Source: an uncultured Acidimicrobiaceae bacterium
GTDB taxonomy: Bacteria > Actinomycetota > Acidimicrobiia > Spongiisociales > UBA5794
Assembly (NCBI GenBank): GCA_947258985.1
Contig: CAMYKI010000003.1
Span: forward strand, 24,222 to 88,221
Length of the DNA: 64,000 nt
Direction of reading: 5' to 3'
The notes below the pieces were generated by a model that was not told where the DNA came from, searched no databases, and was given only the letters and a program-made list of their open reading frames with translations. The stretch's first letter is position 1. Each line of letters opens with the position of its first letter. Shown piece after piece: positions 57,782-64,000 of this stretch. Position numbers and translations under genes: made by a program.

Positions 57782-58717
57782 TTGAACGTGCTCGAGTGTG
57801 AGGGCCTGGTCAAAGCCTTCGATGATTTGGTTGCCGTCGATGATGTGGGCTTCCACATCGCCGCCGGAGAGACCTACGGCCTGCTTGGCCCCAACGGTGC
57901 AGGCAAGACGACGAGCATTTCGATGATCGCCGGCATTCTCGAATCCGATTCCGGAAGTGTGACCGTCGGCGGCACCGAGATCACCACACGTACCACCGAG
58001 GGTAAGCGCCAGATCGGCTACGTTCCCCAGGACATCGCCATCTACCCGGATCTCTCTGCCCGGGAGAACCTGCGCTTCTTCGGCAAGCTGTACGGGATTC
58101 CCAAGGCCCGTCTTGACGAGCGCATCGACGAGGTGCTCGCTGTGATCGGTTTGACAGATCGTGGTGACGACCGCACCGAGGAGTACAGCGGCGGCATGAG
58201 GCGGCGGCTCAATATCGGTATCGGCCTCCTCCACGAACCGATGCTCCTCATCCTCGACGAGCCGACCGTTGGAGTAGACCCGCAGAGCCGGAACTCCATC
58301 CTCGAAGGTGTCGAGGAACTTGGACGAACCGGCACCGCTGTGCTCTACACGACCCACTACATGGAGGAAGCCGAGCGTCTGTGTGACCGGGTGGCGATCA
58401 TCGACGGGGGGAAGATCCGTGCCGAAGGGACTCGTCGCGAACTCGTCGAGCTCGTCGGCCAGCTCGACACCATCAATCTCGGTGTGGTCGGATCCGCTCG
58501 CCGCCTCGCTGAGGCGCTGGCATCTGTGACCGAGCTGGAGAGCGTCATTGCGACTGAAGGATCCGTCGAGATCCTCGTCGAGGGTGCCAGTGGCCTGCTA
58601 CCGCGCGTTCTGGAAATCGCGCAGCAGTCAGATGTTGGTGTTTCCGGCGTGGAGGTCATCGAGCCGAATCTGGAATCTGTCTTTCTGCACCTCACCGGGA
58701 AGGCACTGCGCGACTGA
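57782..58717 (+). CDS. ABC transporter ATP-binding protein (ABC-2/DrrA-like)
   Basis: Walker A GPNGAGKTT, signature YSGGMRRRL, Walker B LLILDEPT. Confidence 0.8.
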   Translation: MNVLECEGLVKAFDDLVAVDDVGFHIAAGETYGLLGPNGAGKTTSISMIAGILESDSGSVTVGGTEITTRTTEGKRQIGYVPQDIAIYPDLSARENLRFFGKLYGIPKARLDERIDEVLAVIGLTDRGDDRTEEYSGGMRRRLNIGIGLLHEPMLLILDEPTVGVDPQSRNSILEGVEELGRTGTAVLYTTHYMEEAERLCDRVAIIDGGKIRAEGTRRELVELVGQLDTINLGVVGSARRLAEALASVTELESVIATEGSVEILVEGASGLLPRVLEIAQQSDVGVSGVEVIEPNLESVFLHLTGKALRD

Positions 58718-59886
58718 TGCGAGCTGCTTTCGTAATCGCTGGCAAAGATCTCTCCCAGAGGATCCGCGACCGGTCGGCCATTTTGCTCGGCCTGGTCGCG
58801 CCACTCGGTCTGGCGTTCATCTTTTCCGCCATCATCCCGGACACGACCGCCTCATTCGACGTGAGTCTGGCCTACGTCGATCAAGACGGGGGAGAGATCA
58901 GCAGCGGATTCATAAGCGGCGTGCTCCCGGACATCGAAGCCGACGAATTGGCGACCGTGGAGCCCTACACGGACCTCGACACGGCAATGGTCGATGTGGA
59001 ATCTGGAACGACCCACGCTCTGTACGTTTTCCCCGATGGGTTCACCGATGGCGTTCTTGCGGGGGACGGTGGGTCCGTGCGCCTGGTCGGCAACGTCGAT
59101 CACTCCATCTCCACCCAGATCGCGGACGCAATCCTCAGCGGGTATCTCGCCGAGATCGACGCGGTTGGGATTTCGGTGGACGCCGCGATGCGCAGCGGCG
59201 CCCAGGACCCGACTGCGCTAGTGGCGGCGGCGGCGCAGAGCCCCGATGCGGTGGTACTGGTTGATACCGAAGCGGCCAGTCGGGAACTGGACGCAACAAC
59301 CTTCTTCTCTGCAGGCATGGCGGTGTTCTTTCTCTTCTTCACGGTGCAATTTGGGGTCTCTTCGCTGCTCGAGGAGCGGTTCTACGGCACCCTGCCCCGA
59401 CTCCTGGGCGCTCCGATAAGCCGATGGAGCATCCTCGGCGGCAAGGCAACGTCGAGTTTCATTCTCGGTCTCACCTCCATGGTCGTTCTTGCCGTCGCCA
59501 CGACCCTCCTCATCGGTGCTGAGTGGGGCAACCCCGCCGGCGTAGCGATCCTCATGATTTCGGGTGTGCTTGCAGCAATTGGCATCATGGCGGTCGTCGC
59601 CGTGGTGTCGAAGACACCCGAGCAGGCCGCCAACTGGCAGTCGATCGTGGCTGTCTTGCTCGGTCTGCTCGGCGGTACCTTCTTTCCTCTCAGTCAAGCC
59701 CCTCCCGCCCTGGCCTTCTTTTCCAAGCTGACGCCACATGCCTGGTTCCTTCAGGGCCTCGGTGACTTGTCGGCCGGTGATGGGCTGTCGGTTGTGGTCA
59801 TACCGGCACTGGCCATGCTCACGTTCTTCGTCGTGACCGTCGCGATCGCGGTGCTGGCGGGCCGGGGGAGGGTGTTGGCACCATGA
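58717..59886 (+). CDS. ABC-2 family transporter permease
   Basis: Six-TM ABC-2 permease pattern with a large first extracytoplasmic loop. Translationally coupled (ATGA). Confidence 0.7.
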   Translation: MRAAFVIAGKDLSQRIRDRSAILLGLVAPLGLAFIFSAIIPDTTASFDVSLAYVDQDGGEISSGFISGVLPDIEADELATVEPYTDLDTAMVDVESGTTHALYVFPDGFTDGVLAGDGGSVRLVGNVDHSISTQIADAILSGYLAEIDAVGISVDAAMRSGAQDPTALVAAAAQSPDAVVLVDTEAASRELDATTFFSAGMAVFFLFFTVQFGVSSLLEERFYGTLPRLLGAPISRWSILGGKATSSFILGLTSMVVLAVATTLLIGAEWGNPAGVAILMISGVLAAIGIMAVVAVVSKTPEQAANWQSIVAVLLGLLGGTFFPLSQAPPALAFFSKLTPHAWFLQGLGDLSAGDGLSVVVIPALAMLTFFVVTVAIAVLAGRGRVLAP

Positions 59887-61043
59887 AGGCCCTCGCCATT
59901 ACCTGGGTCAACGTGAAGCGTCTCGTGCGTGATCCGTCGACGATCTTCTTTGTGTTCATCTTCCCGATGCTGCTCATCCTCGTGCTCGGCGCCTCTTTTG
60001 GTGGAGGCTTCCAGCCTCAGGTGGCCGTCCTCGATGAAGGGGGCGGGCCGTTTGCTCAGGAATTGGTTGATGAGATGGCAGGCAGCGAGGACTTCGACAC
60101 GATCAGTTACGACGATCGGGGCGCACTGCTAGAAGACGTTGAACGAGGCGTCGCCAATATGGGAGTGGTGGTGCCGGCCGATTACGACGAGCGTCTGCAA
60201 TCCGGAGCGGTCGCCCAGGTCGAATTTGTGGGACGACTCGATCAGAGCGTTGTCCAATATCGCGCGACCATCGAGGCGATCGTGGCGGATCAGAGCGCCG
60301 TTTTCCGTGCGGCTCGTCTCGTAGAGGCGCAGGGTCTTGCAGGCTTCGACGATGCGGTGGCATCAGCGCAACTCGCGACGACCAGCACAGCCAGAACGGT
60401 CGTGGTCCGAGAGTCCACCGGCGAGTCGGTCTTCGGTGAGGACTTGGGTCAATTCGATCTCGGGGCCCCCGCGAATCTGATTCTGTTTGTCTTCCTCACT
60501 TCGTTGGCCGGGTCGGCGGCGTTGATCAACACCCGTCGCCTTGGAGTGTCCCGCCGCATGGTTTCGACCCCGACATCGATCGGCCAGATCCTGCTGGGCG
60601 AGACGGGGGGCCGGTTCTCCATCGCAATGATCCAGGGGCTCTTCATCATGGTGGGCGCGGCCGTGGCTTTCCAAGTGCGTTGGGGGAATCTGGCCGCCTC
60701 TTCTGTTCTCTTGATTCTCTTGGCGCTCGTCGGCGCGGGAGCTGGGATGTTGATGGGCGCCATTTTCGACAACGATGAGCAGGCGGGCTCGATGGGCGTG
60801 TTCATTGGTCTCGGTCTGGCAGCGCTTGGTGGTTGCATGGTGCCGCTCGAGATCTTCCCGGACACGATGGTCAAGATTGCACACATCACTCCGCATGCTT
60901 GGGCGCTCGATGGGTTTGCCGAGCTGATCCGTCGGGGCGGCACCATCGGCGACATCCTTGTCGAGATCGTGGTGCTGGCAGCGTTTGGGGTCGCTCTGCT
61001 GACGTTGGGAACATGGAGGCTGCGGGCCAAGCTGACCCACTGA
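59883..61043 (+). CDS. ABC-2 family transporter permease (second)
   Basis: Same architecture as the preceding permease. Overlapping start. Confidence 0.7.
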   Translation: MKALAITWVNVKRLVRDPSTIFFVFIFPMLLILVLGASFGGGFQPQVAVLDEGGGPFAQELVDEMAGSEDFDTISYDDRGALLEDVERGVANMGVVVPADYDERLQSGAVAQVEFVGRLDQSVVQYRATIEAIVADQSAVFRAARLVEAQGLAGFDDAVASAQLATTSTARTVVVRESTGESVFGEDLGQFDLGAPANLILFVFLTSLAGSAALINTRRLGVSRRMVSTPTSIGQILLGETGGRFSIAMIQGLFIMVGAAVAFQVRWGNLAASSVLLILLALVGAGAGMLMGAIFDNDEQAGSMGVFIGLGLAALGGCMVPLEIFPDTMVKIAHITPHAWALDGFAELIRRGGTIGDILVEIVVLAAFGVALLTLGTWRLRAKLTH

Positions 61044-61080
61044 GTGCGACGATGGCGACTTGTCAGTCGATGTCGACTCG

Positions 61081-61854
61081 TCAGTCGATGTCGAAGAAGG
61101 GCGATTCCTGATCGTCGGCAGGGGGTTCGGTGGTGACTCCAGCCGATGGGACCGGCGGTGGCTCGGGGGCGGATCTTCGCGCCGACTCCGATTGCTTGTC
61201 GCGGCGGATTGCGGCGATCCAAACCACGAGAGCGAATCCGACCGAGACGAGCAGCAGCACGACCAACCGCCACGGGAAGGGTGAAGAGGGATACTCGGTG
61301 TTGGCGAACATATACAGGCTCTGGTCTAGCGGCACCGTCCACAGGAGCCGGCCGTCTTCGAGTACCTGGTCGGCGTTGTGATCTACCGACTCACCGGGGA
61401 GGGAGACGGTGACGGAAGTGGTCAGCGATTCCCCATCGATGGCTGCAGGATCTACGGGGAATTGCGACGGGTCGATTTCTCCGGTGATGTCGAGCGTGGC
61501 CTCAAATGCCGATCCGGCGTCCGTGACTTCCAAGGAGAAGTCGGTGAAGTTGCCGGCGGCCGCGCTTGGGATCTCAGAGGTCTCCGCAAAGGCCACCGTC
61601 GTCGTGTAGATGGTGAGATCGCCCTGGGTGCGGGTGGAGCGTTCCCCGTCGATCCCGAGGTCGAGCGAGGGCAGCACTTCCTCGCTCGGCCCGAAGAACT
61701 GCGTGATCAACTGATCGAGCTCGTCGTCAACGCCAACCTCAACCGACAAGTCGCCACTGCCATCCTCGATGACGTTCAGGAAGAGCTGAACGTCGGCGCG
61801 GCAGCCCGATGCCAGGACGGCAAGCAGTGCGACGAGAAGCGAAAGACGTTTCAT
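61081..61854 (-). CDS. LppM-like lipoprotein with C-terminal TM anchor
   Basis: Signal plus lipobox LASGC. A C-terminal TM (WRLVVLLLVSVGFALVVWIAAI) is followed by a Pro-rich acidic tail. The pattern resembles mycobacterial LppM-family proteins. Confidence 0.5.
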   Translation of the reverse strand: MKRLSLLVALLAVLASGCRADVQLFLNVIEDGSGDLSVEVGVDDELDQLITQFFGPSEEVLPSLDLGIDGERSTRTQGDLTIYTTTVAFAETSEIPSAAAGNFTDFSLEVTDAGSAFEATLDITGEIDPSQFPVDPAAIDGESLTTSVTVSLPGESVDHNADQVLEDGRLLWTVPLDQSLYMFANTEYPSSPFPWRLVVLLLVSVGFALVVWIAAIRRDKQSESARRSAPEPPPVPSAGVTTEPPADDQESPFFDID

Positions 61855-61903
61855 GGATGGTCGCTGACTCTACCAACGGTGCCGGGGCACGTATCCTGAG
61901 CGC

Positions 61904-62683
61904 ATGAACGCCGAGCCTGCCTCGATCGCGGCACAGCTGCACACGGCCATCATCGCCGCCTTCCCGTCCTATGTCCGCGAGAGGCTGCAGCGTTTGGGCG
62001 TCGCTCAGGACGGTGCTCTGGCTGATGCGCTGGCGACGGCGACGAGCCGGCTCGACGCCGAGCTTACCGAAGTCGACGGGGCATCTCTCAGAGAATCGCC
62101 GCTCGAGATCGTGCGCATCGCCACAGAGCCCTTGACCGCCGTCCTCCGGGAGCGGGGGGTTCCTCCCGTGTCGCGAGATGAGCGATCGGCGGAGCTCCAT
62201 CCGGACGACGTCTACGACCTCTATCCGGCGACATCCCGCGATCTGGGCGAGGACGTGTGGCGAATCCACATGCAATGGGGCATCGAGCGGGCACGTCTGG
62301 TCGCAGGTGTTGTCCCGGCATCGCCCGGAAGTGGAGAACCGGTCGCCGTTCCGGCGGCGGCGCTTTTCGGGTTGCCCGAGCCGCTGCGCTCGCAGGTCGC
62401 CGATGCACTGCTCGCCAGGGGCTACCGCCCGCTGCTGTGGCGTAATCCTGCCGCCCTCGAGGCCGGTCTGGCGGGGATGCCCCGTCTTGTGATCGTCGAC
62501 CTCAACCACCCGGGGGCCGACGCTGCGATCCGGCGGTCCGCCGATACGGCCCGGGTTGTCGCCATCGGCAAGGGGATCGATGACTTCGTCGAGGCAGCAA
62601 CGTTGGCTATCGGGGCTGAGGAGGTCGTCGATTCAGACCGGATCCTCGACCGGCTCGGAGCGCTCCTCCCGCGTCTCGTCTGA
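61904..62683 (+). CDS. hypothetical protein
   Basis: 259-aa acidic ORF with coding-like composition and no recognisable motifs. Its 3' end overlaps the convergent EamA gene by about 50 bp. Confidence 0.4.
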   Translation: MNAEPASIAAQLHTAIIAAFPSYVRERLQRLGVAQDGALADALATATSRLDAELTEVDGASLRESPLEIVRIATEPLTAVLRERGVPPVSRDERSAELHPDDVYDLYPATSRDLGEDVWRIHMQWGIERARLVAGVVPASPGSGEPVAVPAAALFGLPEPLRSQVADALLARGYRPLLWRNPAALEAGLAGMPRLVIVDLNHPGADAAIRRSADTARVVAIGKGIDDFVEAATLAIGAEEVVDSDRILDRLGALLPRLV

Positions 62684-63565
62684 CGCCGGGTCTGGCTTGC
62701 TGAGGCTGAAAAGGACAAGGCCGACCATCACGAGAGCCACTCCGATCAACTGCCCGACTCCGAGCGCCTCGTCGAAGATGAGCCAGGCCCACAACATTGC
62801 CAGCATCGGCTGCCCGAGGATGAGGATTGAGGTGTCGAGCGCTGGGAGATGGGGCATGGCCCTTGCGATAATCGGCCATCCAATAACCTGCGCCACCAGT
62901 GCGAGCAGGAACATCCAGCCGTGCACCGGCCACTCGAAGCTGAGATCGAATTCCGACTCGAAGCTCAGACCGAGGACAAGGGCTACCACGGCGGCACCAA
63001 TCACAGAGTCGAGGACCGGGCCTGTTGAAGGAGTCTTGTGGAGACGTCCTGATTCGCGCAGGAGGAGGATGTACAGCGCATAGAGCAAGGCCGCTGCCAG
63101 CGCCCTCAAGCTTCCGGCGCCGGGGTCTTCCCCGTAGGCATCCCCGCTGCCGACCCCCGAGATCAGGAAGATCCCGAGGAAGATGATCGGGAGCAGCGCC
63201 ATGGCTCGTCGTCCCGGCTTCTCTCCAAATGCCGCCCAGGCGATCAGGGCAACAAAAATCACCTGAACGTTTGCGATGAGGGTTGCCAGACCGGCACCGA
63301 TCTGACGTATGGATGCGTGCCAGAAGAAGAGGTCAAAGGTAAGGAACGCTCCAGCGGCGACTGCGAGGAGGCGGCTCTTGCGGGGACGCTCGTCGCGGTG
63401 GCGCACCCTCCAATACATCAGAGCAAGGAAAGGGAGGGCATAGAACGATCGGAAGAAGGCGATCGTCAGGTCGCTGGCGTCGGCGGAGGCCCGAATCAGG
63501 ATCGGGGAGAACGAGATCACGAAAATCCCGCCGGCCGCCATCAGCCTGTACCTTGTTACCGACAT
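62633..63565 (-). CDS. EamA/DMT superfamily transporter
   Basis: Ten TM helices in two EamA repeats. Confidence 0.7.
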   Translation of the reverse strand: MSVTRYRLMAAGGIFVISFSPILIRASADASDLTIAFFRSFYALPFLALMYWRVRHRDERPRKSRLLAVAAGAFLTFDLFFWHASIRQIGAGLATLIANVQVIFVALIAWAAFGEKPGRRAMALLPIIFLGIFLISGVGSGDAYGEDPGAGSLRALAAALLYALYILLLRESGRLHKTPSTGPVLDSVIGAAVVALVLGLSFESEFDLSFEWPVHGWMFLLALVAQVIGWPIIARAMPHLPALDTSILILGQPMLAMLWAWLIFDEALGVGQLIGVALVMVGLVLFSLSKPDPASDETREERSEPVEDPV

Positions 63566-63574
63566 CGGGCGAGG

Positions 63575-63961
63575 TTAGCCCTGCACCGGCAGGTGTCCTT
63601 CCAGTTGCAGGGGTAGCCCCTTGCCGATCAGGCTGTCCCTTTCCTTCGTGTACTCGCCTCTGCTGAGCATCACGTGGTGGACACCCGGCCCGCGGGTTTT
63701 GAGGAATTCGGCCAGTGGGCTGGTGGTGTCTAGTGGTTCGATCAGTTCGATTTCGACGTCCCCGCAGAAGGTCGACACCACCTTGGCGCGCAGTTCCCTC
63801 TGCTGGCCCTGGCCGTCGAAGGCCTTGATTCCAGCCTCCTCATCGACCATGTCGATCTGCCAGCCATCGATGCCGAGCAGAGTCCGATAGTGCTCGGCTG
63901 TTGCCTCGGCGTCGGCGACGACGATCCCGATCTGAACGACGGCGGTTGGTTCTGTGCTCAT
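63575..63961 (-). CDS. VOC (glyoxalase/bleomycin-resistance/dioxygenase) family protein
   Basis: 128 aa. The pattern GIDGWQ...H.........E.IEP resembles the small VOC fold. Confidence 0.55.
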   Translation of the reverse strand: MSTEPTAVVQIGIVVADAEATAEHYRTLLGIDGWQIDMVDEEAGIKAFDGQGQQRELRAKVVSTFCGDVEIELIEPLDTTSPLAEFLKTRGPGVHHVMLSRGEYTKERDSLIGKGLPLQLEGHLPVQG

Positions 63962-64000
63962 TCCTGGAACCTCACATCAATCAGCTCGACGGGCAAGCCC

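Overview
High-GC actinobacterial chromosomal segment, about 70% GC by eye. Gene order resembles the Mycobacterium tuberculosis Rv3610c to Rv3579c backbone: tmk-holB, tilS-hpt-ftsH, folP-folK, panC-coaX-lysS, clpC1, radA-disA, carD-ispD-ispF, cysS-rlmB-tRNA-Thr. The backbone is interrupted by several accessory blocks. (1) Between folK and panC (11.6-20.2 kb): an ATP-grasp ligase, an NfuA-like Fe-S protein, a 1159-aa zinc-ribbon/adenylate-cyclase/STAND-ATPase/TPR protein co-oriented with a stand-alone cNMP-binding protein, HU, and a divergent tryptophanase-Lrp pair followed by an array of 15-bp palindromes. (2) Between lysS and clpC1, where lsr2 sits in mycobacteria: an S9 peptidase, an exported GH57 lipoprotein, an NTF2/SnoaL-like protein and a polyprenyl synthase. 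(3) Between ispF and cysS: a CDF-like membrane protein, a secreted protein with three SLH-like Cys-containing repeats, and a glycerophosphodiester phosphodiesterase. (4) Downstream of a tRNA-Thr(TGT): a sulfatase C-terminal remnant with an in-frame stop and a DUF222-HNH (REP13E12-type) gene. (5) A likely redox operon: DUF2892, a membrane thioredoxin-like protein, and an ECF sigma factor fused in frame to its own ZAS anti-sigma domain with an internal SD-ATG. The window also holds two ECF sigma/ZAS systems in total, two tRNA-Thr genes, a CarD with an N-terminal histone-H1-like PAKKA repeat tail, two AI-2E transporters, an ABC-2 exporter next to an LppM-like lipoprotein, and a perfect 42-bp palindrome acting as a bidirectional terminator. 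folE, folB, panD and lsr2 are missing from their expected syntenic positions. Every call rests on reading the supplied translations and the DNA by eye; no searches were run.
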